Source: a virus (lineage: Duplodnaviria > Caudoviricetes). Taken from it: DNA of 54,367 nucleotides. This document shows positions 25,849 to 34,356 of this stretch, one piece after another; the stretch's first letter is position 1; each line of letters starts with the position of its first letter. The position numbers and the translations under genes were made by a program. The notes beneath the pieces were generated by a model. That model worked only from the letters and a program-made list of their open reading frames with translations. It did no database searches and had not been told where the DNA came from. The stretch spans positions 1 through 54,367 of IMG/VR virus record IMGVR_UViG_3300020591_000121, one strand, 5' to 3'.

Positions 25849-25974
25849 TTAGTTCGGGCGCTTCCGCTTCAGTTCTTCACGGATCGCGCTGACAACCATC
25901 CAGGTGATGCCGATGGCGGTGGTGACGAGGAGTACAATCCCGAAGATGTTGCCGGCCAGTTCTGCGTTAGACAT
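25849..25974 (-). CDS. 41-aa single-TM peptide (not in ORF track)
   Basis: MSNAELAGNIFGIVLLVTTAIGITWMVVSAIREELKRKRPN; GGAGA RBS; basic C-tail. Confidence 0.7.
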   Translation of the reverse strand: MSNAELAGNIFGIVLLVTTAIGITWMVVSAIREELKRKRPN

Positions 25975-26015
25975 TTGCTTTCTCCATGTGTTTCCAGCAC
26001 TTGGCTGATGGAGTT

Positions 26016-26119
26016 AATATGGCATATGCGTATATACGCGGCAATACTCGACGCAACTTATCCCCTGTAACAATCTTCAAATGTTCGTGAATTGACGTGT
26101 TGGCCCGTGTATATACGTT
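26016..26119. promoter_or_regulatory. Divergent promoters, each containing a GTATATAC palindrome
   Basis: Minus TTGCCG-N17-CATATT with GCGTATATACGC (26028-26039) in the spacer; plus TTGACG (26092) with GTATATAC (26109-26116). Confidence 0.6.
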
Positions 26120-26126
26120 GGAGTTC

Positions 26127-26279
26127 ATGGAAAAGCGCAAGGCGATCTCGCTGAAACTACCGCCAGAGCTGCTCGACAAGCTCGACGACTACCGCAAGCG
26201 CCAGCCGCACGAGCCCACGCGAACGCAGGTGATCGAGGATGCGATCCGGGCTATCGTCGAGAAGGGGAAGCGCAAATGA
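26127..26279 (+). CDS. Ribbon-helix-helix (CopG/Arc-like) regulator
   Basis: KAISLKLPPELLDKLD...TRTQVIEDAIRAIV. Confidence 0.8.
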   Translation: MEKRKAISLKLPPELLDKLDDYRKRQPHEPTRTQVIEDAIRAIVEKGKRK

Positions 26280-26755
26280 GATGGCTGGTCGCGCTCGCTG
26301 TGTTGATCGGCGCCATCGGTCTGATCGCCACCACCGACCCTCATCGGCCGTCGTCGAGGCCCACCCCGTCAGTGGACGAGAACGCCAAACTCGATGCGGA
26401 AATAGCGCACGCCCTCAAGACGACTGGCGTATATGTGCCGAAGAACGCACGGAAGGCGCCGCCACCCTCTGAAGTGGATCGTGTCAAGATCACCGATTTC
26501 ACTTGGGGCAAAACGGGCTTCGGCAGTGTGATGGAGGCGAGTTTCACCGTGCGCAATTCGTTGCCCTATGCGGTCAAAGACATTGCGGTGAAGTGCAGTC
26601 TGCACGGCGAGAGCGGCACCGAAATTGGTAGGGCGGCCAGGACCATTTACAGGCGCTTCCCACCCGGCGCTACGCGCGTAAAGGACTTCAGCATGGGGTT
26701 CATCAATGATCAGGCCCGGGGCGCGTGGTGCGAGGTTGTTGGGGTACAGAAGTGA
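26276..26755 (+). CDS. Membrane-anchored/exported protein with Ig-like beta domain
   Basis: N-terminal hydrophobic anchor; FTVRN...VKDI.V.C...G.SGT.IG pattern; ATGA-coupled to the RHH gene. Confidence 0.7.
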   Translation: MRWLVALAVLIGAIGLIATTDPHRPSSRPTPSVDENAKLDAEIAHALKTTGVYVPKNARKAPPPSEVDRVKITDFTWGKTGFGSVMEASFTVRNSLPYAVKDIAVKCSLHGESGTEIGRAARTIYRRFPPGATRVKDFSMGFINDQARGAWCEVVGVQK

Positions 26756-26782
26756 CGTAGCCAAGGATGGATCGGAGCAGCG

Positions 26783-27085
26783 ATGAGCGGCGTTGATGCC
26801 TTAGCTGAGGGCTTTTACTGGGTTCTGATGCGAACCGGGGAATGGTCGGTCGCGCAGGTCGACTTTATTGGCGATAGCGATGACGAAAAAGGCGATGCGT
26901 CTGCGTGGAGTTGGTCTGCCATCGGCAGCGAGGAGCCATGGGCGCTTGAGGACTTCGCGGAAATCGGCCCACGCATTGAGCCGCCCGACGACAGGTCACC
27001 CCTGTTGCCCGAGGACGGACTTTTGAACGTGCTCGAAGAGAAGCCGCCATCTACGGATCCTATCATTTGGGGCAAGAAGAAGTAG
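26783..27085 (+). CDS. Acidic Trp-rich hypothetical protein
   Basis: GGAG RBS; EGFYWV...W..IG......EIGPRIEPP. Confidence 0.6.
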   Translation: MSGVDALAEGFYWVLMRTGEWSVAQVDFIGDSDDEKGDASAWSWSAIGSEEPWALEDFAEIGPRIEPPDDRSPLLPEDGLLNVLEEKPPSTDPIIWGKKK

Positions 27086-27117
27086 GCGTGGCGAAGGATA
27101 AGCTGGAGGGGAGATAG

Positions 27118-27323
27118 ATGTCGGACGGCCCAGATAAATACGCATCCGCGATCGCGGCAAATGTAGCCTTGGAGTGCTGGTGAAGACGCTAGTCGCAAGC
27201 AAAGCGGTTGATAAATTCAAGTTCGATCAGGCGCTTGCTGACGCTCTGCGGCGACTGAATGCGTCAGACGATGCCGCGCAGCACGAGGCAGCTAAGGCAC
27301 TCCAAGCTATCTATTGGCGGTGA
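27118..27323 (+). pseudogene. Possible frameshifted small gene
   Basis: Strong RBS and ATG but stop after 21 codons; the -1 frame continues about 50 helical codons to TGA 27323. Confidence 0.35.
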
Positions 27324-27367
27324 GTTGTTTCACGCGTGAAACAGGATAGAGCCTAGGAGACCGGGAA

Positions 27368-27604
27368 ATGCCGCGAGACGACCAAAGCCGCCTAGGCGGA
27401 CTGCAATCGACCCTGGACGATGTGTTCGCCGTGGTGCGCAGCGTCGCCGAGTTGCAGCCCGCGTATGCGAGCGAAACGGACGGCTCGCTGTTTTGCTTCT
27501 TCTGCGACAAGCACATTGCTGGGGCGCCAGACGAGCAGCTTCTCGCGCACAATCACGAGCTGACGTGCCCATGGGTGCAGGCGCAGCGCTTGGCCCGGAA
27601 GTGA
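27368..27604 (+). CDS. Small putative Zn-binding protein
   Basis: AGGAG RBS; CFFC...H...CPW. Confidence 0.55.
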   Translation: MPRDDQSRLGGLQSTLDDVFAVVRSVAELQPAYASETDGSLFCFFCDKHIAGAPDEQLLAHNHELTCPWVQAQRLARK

Positions 27605-27702
27605 TCACGGCGATAGATTGTCCGAACTGTGGCCGAATTGCACTAGACCCGCTGGCCGAACAGAAGCATCTATTTTGTCAGCGTCGAGAGTTGCGAAGAG
27701 GC

Positions 27703-27725
27703 GGCCCCAAATCAGGGGCCTTTTT
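27703..27725 (+). terminator. Intrinsic terminator
   Basis: GGCCCC/GGGGCC followed by T5. Confidence 0.65.
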
Positions 27726-27961
27726 CATGCCCGCCGCGCTCTCAACGCGCTCTGATCACACCGAAATTCTCGAATGCTGCCCCGCCCGCTCGCAAGACGG
27801 CGCGCCGAGCCTCACATGACCTGATGCTTGAACGTAGCGGCGCCTAGCCAGATCGGCGGCGGTGGCGGCTCTATTCTTCGGCCCTGCTTGTTACGCCTCA
27901 CTGAGGTGCTGCTCCCCGCAAGGATGCGGTCCAGGGCCGATCCCTTTCCCTGGTGATCCTC

Positions 27962-28177
27962 ATGCCCGAAGTGAAGAACTACGTGGCAGAGCAGGACTAC
28001 GCCAACGGCAAACCGGGACGCTACGTGCTCCGCATCTCCTTCGAATACGAGGGCAGGCCGTACGTCTTGAGCCACGAGTGCAACAACCCGGAAGTCGGCC
28101 GGCGCATCCTCTACGAGCGCGAGGCCGACATCATCGACCCGCCGGCACGGCCGGTAAAGCGAAAGAGGGCCGCATGA
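27962..28177 (+). CDS. Hypothetical protein
   Basis: First ORF of the coupled late operon. Confidence 0.55.
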   Translation: MPEVKNYVAEQDYANGKPGRYVLRISFEYEGRPYVLSHECNNPEVGRRILYEREADIIDPPARPVKRKRAA

Positions 28178-28413
28178 GCCTGAAACTCACGAAATCCCGC
28201 CATGCCCAACTGGTGCACGCTTTCGGCGCCCGCAAGCGGGAAGGCTATCCGTTTACGGTTGATGTGACGGACCGCGAGAGGCGTGCATTCTTGCAGGCCG
28301 GCATCGGTGAGCCATCCCCCTCCGACACCGCCAGCATGGACCGCGCCAAGGCCAAGCGTGAGCGCAAGGCTGCGAAGGTGGCGAGGATCAACCCGGTGTG
28401 CTTCGGCGCATGA
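28174..28413 (+). CDS. Hypothetical basic protein
   Basis: ATGA-coupled at both ends. Confidence 0.55.
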   Translation: MSLKLTKSRHAQLVHAFGARKREGYPFTVDVTDRERRAFLQAGIGEPSPSDTASMDRAKAKRERKAAKVARINPVCFGA

Positions 28414-29030
28414 CCAAGGGCGAAAAGAAAGCCACCGACTGGGAGGCCATTGAGCGCGAGTACCGCGCTGGCCAACTCTCAGAGGCGCAGATCGCCCGCG
28501 AGTATGGCATCAGCCGGGCCGCAATCCAGAAGCGCGCCAAGAAACACGGCTGGTCTCGCGACCTCACAGAGAAGGTTCAGCAGGAGATCCGCGCCCGTCT
28601 GGTAGCAGAGGGGTTGCAGGTTGCACGAGGGGCTGCAACCATTGACGGTGCGGCCGATCGCGGCGTCCAAATCATCCTCAGTCACCGCACCGACATTCAC
28701 GAGGCCCGAGAGGCCGTGAGGGAGATGATCGCCGAGCTTCGGCGGACGTTAGCGAAGATCGATGAGATCGAAGAGGACATCATCGATGAGACGGCGGGCG
28801 ACAAGAACGGCAAGCGCCGGGCGCAAATGTTGGCTTCGGTGGCGTTGCCGAGCCGTGCTCAAGTGGCCGCCACCCTTGCGACTGCCCTCAAGACGCTGGT
28901 TTCCCTGGAGCGCCAGGCCTTCAATCTCGACGAAAAGGGCAGCTCCGACCCCGAGGCGCCAACCGGTGGCGTAGTGGTGCACAAGATTGACCCTGCCTCA
29001 GCAGAGCTTCTCAAGCGTCTCGTGGAGTGA
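28410..29030 (+). CDS. Terminase small subunit
   Basis: DWEAIEREYRAG..S...IA..YGIS...I.KRAKK.GW.RDL HTH; directly upstream of TerL. Confidence 0.8.
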   Translation: MTKGEKKATDWEAIEREYRAGQLSEAQIAREYGISRAAIQKRAKKHGWSRDLTEKVQQEIRARLVAEGLQVARGAATIDGAADRGVQIILSHRTDIHEAREAVREMIAELRRTLAKIDEIEEDIIDETAGDKNGKRRAQMLASVALPSRAQVAATLATALKTLVSLERQAFNLDEKGSSDPEAPTGGVVVHKIDPASAELLKRLVE

Positions 29031-30498
29031 TCTGCCGCCGGCCTTGAAGGTCGGCGCGCGAGAGCTTTGCGGTGCTTCGCACCTCTACTTCACGCGGCTG
29101 TTCTTCAAGGAGCTGCAAGGAGCCCCCTTCCGGGTTGGTCCGCATCATTCGGTCATCGCCAAGACCCTGGATCGGGTGATCGAGGGGGGAATCGACCGGC
29201 TGATCATCAACGTGCCGCCGGGCTATACAAAAACCGAAGAGGCGGTGATCGCTTTCATCGCCCGTGGGATCGCGAAGAACCCGCGGGCCCGCTTCATCCA
29301 CGCATCGTTCTCAGGCGAGCTCGTCAACGAGAACTCGGTGCGCATCAAGGACGTGATGTCGAGTGAGCCCTACCGAGATATGTGGGGCGTCACCTTCAAG
29401 GACGATCAAGACGCCAAGGGCCTTTGGCGCACATCCGCCGGCGGCGGGCTACTTGCTAAGCCCGCAGGTGGTCCGATCACCGGGTTTCGTGCCGGCCTCA
29501 TGGAGGACGGCTTCACCGGGGCATTGGTCATCGACGACCCGCTCAAGCCCGACGACGCCTTCTCTGAGAAGAAACGGACCAATATCAACCAGCGCTGGCA
29601 CTCGACGTTTAAGAGCCGCCTCGCCCACGAGGGCGTGCCGGTGATCGTCATCATGCAGCGCCTGCACGTGGATGATTTCTCAGGGTATCTGCTGAAAGGC
29701 GGCGCGGGCTGCAAGTGGCACCACCTGATGCTTCCGATGCGCATCGACAATTCGCAACCCTATCCTTCAGAGTTCACGCACGGCATTCCCATCGAGCACG
29801 GCCTGCCGGATGGCCCGCTGTGGGAGGCGAAGCACAACGCCGAGCAGATCAAGGTGCTCGAGTTCGATGCCTACACCTTCGCCAGCCAGGCGCAGCAGGT
29901 GCCGACCATCCTCGGCGGCAACCTGTTCAAGGATGAATGGCTGATCGAGTGCGACCCGAGCGAGGTGCCATCATTGCGGTTCCGGTCGATCTACGCCGAC
30001 ACCGCGCAAAAGGTGGGGGCGAAGAACGACTACACCGTGATGGCTGAATGGGGGCTCGGTGTGGATGGTAAGGCCTACTATCTCGACAAGGTGCGGGGGA
30101 AGTTCGAGGCGCCCGAGCTGCTCGCTACTGCGGCGGCCTTCTGGGGCAAGGCCCGCTCCCGCCCCACGAACACCTTCGGCGTGCTGCGCTCCTTCAACGT
30201 GGAAGACAAGGTTTCCGGCACCGGCCTGATCCAGCACCTGGCTCGGCTGGCGATACCAGTGCAGCCGATCCCTCGCGGGCCGGAGAAAGACAAGTACACG
30301 CGGGCTCTCGACGCGGTGCCGAGTTTCGCCGCTGGGCTGGTGCGCATCGTCGATACCTTGCCCGGCCTCGGAGAATTCCGGCGTGAAATGCTCGCCTTCG
30401 ATGGCACCGAGGGCAACACAGACGATGAAGTTGACACAACGGTTGATGCTGTCGTCGAGATGCTCGGCGGCGGCATTCCAATGGCTGCCTGGGTCTAG
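28987..30498 (+). CDS. Terminase large subunit
   Basis: INVPPGYTKT (Walker A), IDDPLK (Walker B), IMQRLH, DTAQK and DDEVD nuclease acids. Confidence 0.93.
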   Translation: MTLPQQSFSSVSWSDLPPALKVGARELCGASHLYFTRLFFKELQGAPFRVGPHHSVIAKTLDRVIEGGIDRLIINVPPGYTKTEEAVIAFIARGIAKNPRARFIHASFSGELVNENSVRIKDVMSSEPYRDMWGVTFKDDQDAKGLWRTSAGGGLLAKPAGGPITGFRAGLMEDGFTGALVIDDPLKPDDAFSEKKRTNINQRWHSTFKSRLAHEGVPVIVIMQRLHVDDFSGYLLKGGAGCKWHHLMLPMRIDNSQPYPSEFTHGIPIEHGLPDGPLWEAKHNAEQIKVLEFDAYTFASQAQQVPTILGGNLFKDEWLIECDPSEVPSLRFRSIYADTAQKVGAKNDYTVMAEWGLGVDGKAYYLDKVRGKFEAPELLATAAAFWGKARSRPTNTFGVLRSFNVEDKVSGTGLIQHLARLAIPVQPIPRGPEKDKYTRALDAVPSFAAGLVRIVDTLPGLGEFRREMLAFDGTEGNTDDEVDTTVDAVVEMLGGGIPMAAWV

Positions 30499-30501
30499 CG
30501 C

Positions 30502-32001
30502 ATGATCACTGACACGCTGACGAACCTGGTGGCCAACCTGGCAACCGGGACGGCGAAATCCGTCCACGACAAGTTCGGCTTCCGCGCCCTCAACGATTTC
30601 GAGTTGGAGAGTATGTACCGCGGAGATTGGATGGCGCGGAAGGTCATAGATCTTCCGGTGTCCGATATGCTCCGCCCGTGGCGCTCATGGCAGGCGGACA
30701 ACCGGCAGATCGAGGTTATCGAGGACGCCGAGAGGCGGCACCAGATCCGCGCGAAGCTCAAGCAGGCCTTCGAGTGGGCGCGCCTTTACGGCGGATCGGT
30801 GATGATCATCGGCGCCGAGGTGGGAGCGCCCGACAAGCCCCTGGAATTGAGCCGTATCGGCAAGGGAGGTCTCAAATATCTCCGCGTGCTGCCCCGGCGC
30901 ATGATCACGCCGATGGATCGCAATCTCGATCCCATCTCGCCGCTCTATGGAGAGCCTGCCTACTACACCATCAGCTCCGCAGTGACGGGAAGCGTCGAGA
31001 TCCATCCCTCGCGCGTGATCCGGTTCATCGGCAAGGCACGGCCCGACTTCGACACCAACGTGGAGTGCTGGGGCGATAGCCTGCTGCAGGTCGTCTATGA
31101 CGCACTCCACGCCGCTGCCCTCTCGCACACGGGTATCGCCGAGCTCATCCACGAGGCGAAAATCGACGTCATCAAGGTCAAAAACCTGGGCACGATGCTA
31201 TCGACCGATGACGGCACTAAGATCCTGCTAAAGCGGTTCCAGAACGCCTCGATGCTCAAGAGCATCAATAACACGCTGTTGCTGGAAACCGAAGAAGAGC
31301 ACAGCCGCACGCAGACGAGCTTCACTGGGCTGCCCGATACGCTCATGGCGTTCATGCAGGTGGTGGCCGGCGCGGCCGATATGCCGGTGACGCGTTTGCT
31401 GGGCACAGCACCAAAGGGCCTCAACGCAACCGGCGAGGGCGACCTCAAAAACTACTGGGACATGCTCGACGGCCTGCGGCAGGACGAGCTCCGCCCCAAG
31501 CTGGAGCTGCTGGATCAGATCCTCTGGCGGGACGCGATGGGCGCCGTCCCGAAGGATGCCTTCTTCACGTTCAACCCGCTCGCGCAGATGACGGCCAGCG
31601 AGAAAGCCGACCTCGCGAAGAAGAAGGCAGAGACGGCTCAAATCTATGCGGGCATGGGCATCATGCCGGAAGAGGCGCTCGCCGAGGGCATCGTCAACGG
31701 CCTGATCGAAGATGAAACGTTCCCCGGGCTCGAGGCGGCCATCGAGGAAGCCGTCGGGCCCGATGGCGATCTGATCCCCGAGCACAAGACCGAGAAGCAA
31801 GAGATCGAGGTGGAGCATGCCAAGGCTGAGCTTCGATCTGCCAAGAATGGCCCTAAAGGGCAGCCGAAAGCGACAGATCGTGCTGCGCCCGGTCCTGCCG
31901 ACGGTGGCATTCGAGACCAGCTTACAGACGACGCTGAATGGCTGTGTCAGGTCTATTCTGAGCTGGACGCGCGCCAACGTGATGGAGGTGGTGCGGTCTG
32001 A
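30502..32001 (+). CDS. Portal protein (DUF1073-type)
   Basis: Y...WMARKVID.P, ARLYGG, IHPSRVI, AADMPVTRLLG..P.GLNATGEGD..NY. Confidence 0.9.
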   Translation: MITDTLTNLVANLATGTAKSVHDKFGFRALNDFELESMYRGDWMARKVIDLPVSDMLRPWRSWQADNRQIEVIEDAERRHQIRAKLKQAFEWARLYGGSVMIIGAEVGAPDKPLELSRIGKGGLKYLRVLPRRMITPMDRNLDPISPLYGEPAYYTISSAVTGSVEIHPSRVIRFIGKARPDFDTNVECWGDSLLQVVYDALHAAALSHTGIAELIHEAKIDVIKVKNLGTMLSTDDGTKILLKRFQNASMLKSINNTLLLETEEEHSRTQTSFTGLPDTLMAFMQVVAGAADMPVTRLLGTAPKGLNATGEGDLKNYWDMLDGLRQDELRPKLELLDQILWRDAMGAVPKDAFFTFNPLAQMTASEKADLAKKKAETAQIYAGMGIMPEEALAEGIVNGLIEDETFPGLEAAIEEAVGPDGDLIPEHKTEKQEIEVEHAKAELRSAKNGPKGQPKATDRAAPGPADGGIRDQLTDDAEWLCQVYSELDARQRDGGGAV

Positions 32002-32677
32002 GAAGGTCGCCTATCACGCGCCTGCCCTAGCCGAGGCAACGCTTTCCAGATTGGAAATCGTTGGGGACGACGCCGGCGAGAATGCCCGCGCCATCATCGA
32101 GCAACTGAGGAACGAATCCGCAGCCTACATCGCCATCGCCGAGGCCAAAGCCCGATCTGCGTTCCAGCGTGAAGCACAGCGGCATACGCAGGCATGGGTC
32201 GCATCCGTCAAAGCGGGAACGCAGATCGACATCGGCAGACTGCTCGCGGATGACGACCTCGTGCAACTGCTGTCGATCAAGAGCGAGGAATTCGTCGGGC
32301 TCATCCGCAGCCTGTCATCCGACACGATCCAGCGGATCGAACGGCAGGTGCTGGGCTCGATCTTCGAGGGCAGATCGAACGCCGACATCGCCAAGGCCCT
32401 GCGGGAGATCGAGGGGATCGGTCTCAACCGGGCAAAGCTGATCGCGCGGGACCAGGCGAGCAAGCTCAACGGCGAAATGAACGCTTTCAGGCAGCAGCAG
32501 GCGGGCGTTGAGAAATTCAAGTGGAAGACGATCATCGACGGCCGCGAGCGCGCTTCGCACCATGATCGCAACAACAAGATCTACCGGTGGGATGCCCCGC
32601 CGAGCGGCGAACGGCCCGGAATTCCGATAAATTGCCGGTGCCGCGCCCTAGCCGTCCTTGAGGAATACGAGGACTAA
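31817..32677 (+). CDS. Minor head morphogenesis protein (Mu gpF / SPP1 gp7-like)
   Basis: RAKLIARDQ..KLN, W.T..D.RER..H, PG.PINCRC; start uncertain. Confidence 0.88.
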   Translation: MPRLSFDLPRMALKGSRKRQIVLRPVLPTVAFETSLQTTLNGCVRSILSWTRANVMEVVRSEKVAYHAPALAEATLSRLEIVGDDAGENARAIIEQLRNESAAYIAIAEAKARSAFQREAQRHTQAWVASVKAGTQIDIGRLLADDDLVQLLSIKSEEFVGLIRSLSSDTIQRIERQVLGSIFEGRSNADIAKALREIEGIGLNRAKLIARDQASKLNGEMNAFRQQQAGVEKFKWKTIIDGRERASHHDRNNKIYRWDAPPSGERPGIPINCRCRALAVLEEYED

Positions 32678-32679
32678 CC

Positions 32680-33150
32680 ATGCCGCACTTCAATCATCGC
32701 CACGGCGAAAGCGCCTACGGGGACCGGAAGTCGACGCCCGAATATAATTCGTGGGCGAGCATGGTTCAGCGCTGCTGCAATCCGGCCGAGGCCGCATACG
32801 ACCGCTATGGTGGGCGCGGAATAACGGTCTGTGACCGCTGGCGCCACGGAGAGGACGGCCTCACCGCCTACGAGTGCTTCCTCTCCGATATGGGCCGGCG
32901 CCCCTCCGCAAAGCACTCTCTGGATCGCAAAGAGAACTCGCGCGGCTACTCGAAGGACAACTGCCGCTGGGCGACGCGTAAAGAACAGAGCCGTAACCGC
33001 CGCGGCCTCCACATGGTCGAATACGGCGGTGTGACGATGCCGCTCTCGCAGGCCTGTGAAGATGCCGGGCTGCGCTACGGCATGGTGAAGCGTCGCATCT
33101 ATCGTGGCTGGTCAGCGCACGATGCGCTGACGACGCCACCGCTCGCATAG
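32680..33150 (+). CDS. HNH-type homing endonuclease
   Basis: YNSW.SM.QRC.NP, YGGRGITVCDRW, F..DMG.RP, SLDR.....GY..DNCRWAT. Confidence 0.85.
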   Translation: MPHFNHRHGESAYGDRKSTPEYNSWASMVQRCCNPAEAAYDRYGGRGITVCDRWRHGEDGLTAYECFLSDMGRRPSAKHSLDRKENSRGYSKDNCRWATRKEQSRNRRGLHMVEYGGVTMPLSQACEDAGLRYGMVKRRIYRGWSAHDALTTPPLA

Positions 33151-33160
33151 GGGATCACCG

Positions 33161-34312
33161 ATGTTTCTGGCAACCGACGCCGTCGCCCTTTCGGGCGCGC
33201 GGATGACCCGCGATGGATACCTCGTTGCGGATGCGCGCATCGCCCGCGTCGGCGTCTATCAGTACGCCGGCGCCGAGCTCGGCCGGCCCGACCTACCAGT
33301 GGTGAACGTCTACCGCTCCGAAGACGTGGTGTTCTCGAAGCAGGCTATGGCGTCCTTCGCCAACCGTCCCATGACGCTGGATCATCCGCCTGAGAACGTC
33401 ACCGCCGACAACTGGAAGCAGTACGCCACCGGCTACACCGCAAGCGAGGTGGCGAGGGACGGTGAGTTTGTTCGGGTGCCATTGATTGTCACCGACGCCG
33501 CCGCCATCGCTGCCATTCAGGCCGGCAAGCAGGAACTCTCCTGCGGCTATAGCTGCTCCATCGAGTTCAAGGACGGTGTGGCGCCTGACGGCACGGCATA
33601 TCAGGCCGTGATGACGGCCATTGACGGGAACCACGTCGCGTCCGTCGACCGCGGCCGGGCGGGCTCGCTCTGCCGCATTGGTGATAGCTGGAAAGACTTT
33701 AACGCCGCGGACAAGGGCAAGCCCGGCGACGGTGAGCGTACGCCCCCCATCGAAGGATCAAACACCATGAACCTCCGCAAGATTGTCATCGATGGGCTCA
33801 CCATCGAAGTGACGGACCAGGGCGCCGAAGCGGTCGCCAAGCTCCAGGCTCAAATCGCCGACGGCAAGGCGGCCATCGACAAGGCCGCAAAGGACGCCGC
33901 CGAGGTGAAGACGGCGCACGACAAGGCCCTCGCCGATAAGGACAAAGAGATCACCGATCTCAAGGCGAAGATCCCCACCGTCGACCAGCTCGAAGAGATG
34001 TTCGACCGTCGCGCGGCTGTCATCGACGCGGCCAAGAAGCTGGCGCCGGACCTCGATCCCAAGGGCAAGTCGCTCGCCGATGTGCGCAAGGCCGTGGTCG
34101 CCAAGCGTCTCGGCGATGGCGCCGTGAAGGATCGCAGCGACGACTACATTGCCGCGCAGTTCGATGCGCTGGCCACCTTGGCCAAGGATGGCGCCGCCGA
34201 TCCGGACCCGGTGCGTGACGCCCTCAAGGGTGGCGTGACCACCACGGCCAACGATGCCGACAAGGCCCGCCAGAAGTATCTCGAAGATCAGGCCAAGGCC
34301 TGGGCTGCTTAA
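33161..34312 (+). CDS. DUF2213 prohead protease/scaffold
   Basis: DGYL...ARIAR.G...Y, T.DHP, ELSCGY, NHVA.V.RGRAG; coiled-coil C-terminus. Confidence 0.88.
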   Translation: MFLATDAVALSGARMTRDGYLVADARIARVGVYQYAGAELGRPDLPVVNVYRSEDVVFSKQAMASFANRPMTLDHPPENVTADNWKQYATGYTASEVARDGEFVRVPLIVTDAAAIAAIQAGKQELSCGYSCSIEFKDGVAPDGTAYQAVMTAIDGNHVASVDRGRAGSLCRIGDSWKDFNAADKGKPGDGERTPPIEGSNTMNLRKIVIDGLTIEVTDQGAEAVAKLQAQIADGKAAIDKAAKDAAEVKTAHDKALADKDKEITDLKAKIPTVDQLEEMFDRRAAVIDAAKKLAPDLDPKGKSLADVRKAVVAKRLGDGAVKDRSDDYIAAQFDALATLAKDGAADPDPVRDALKGGVTTTANDADKARQKYLEDQAKAWAA

Positions 34313-34356
34313 CGCCCGTCGCCACCTCCCCGCAATCTCTCAGGAGAACATGAGCC

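Noticed and set aside
27730-27960. Ribozyme or tRNA in the late leader
   Set aside because: Some hairpins and CUGAUG are present, but there is no complete hammerhead core or cloverleaf; the support is too weak to call.
30502-32001. Portal as anti-CBASS Acb1
   Set aside because: DUF1073 portals are sometimes auto-labelled that way, but no HxT/HxS 2H-phosphodiesterase domain is evident and the position is that of a portal.
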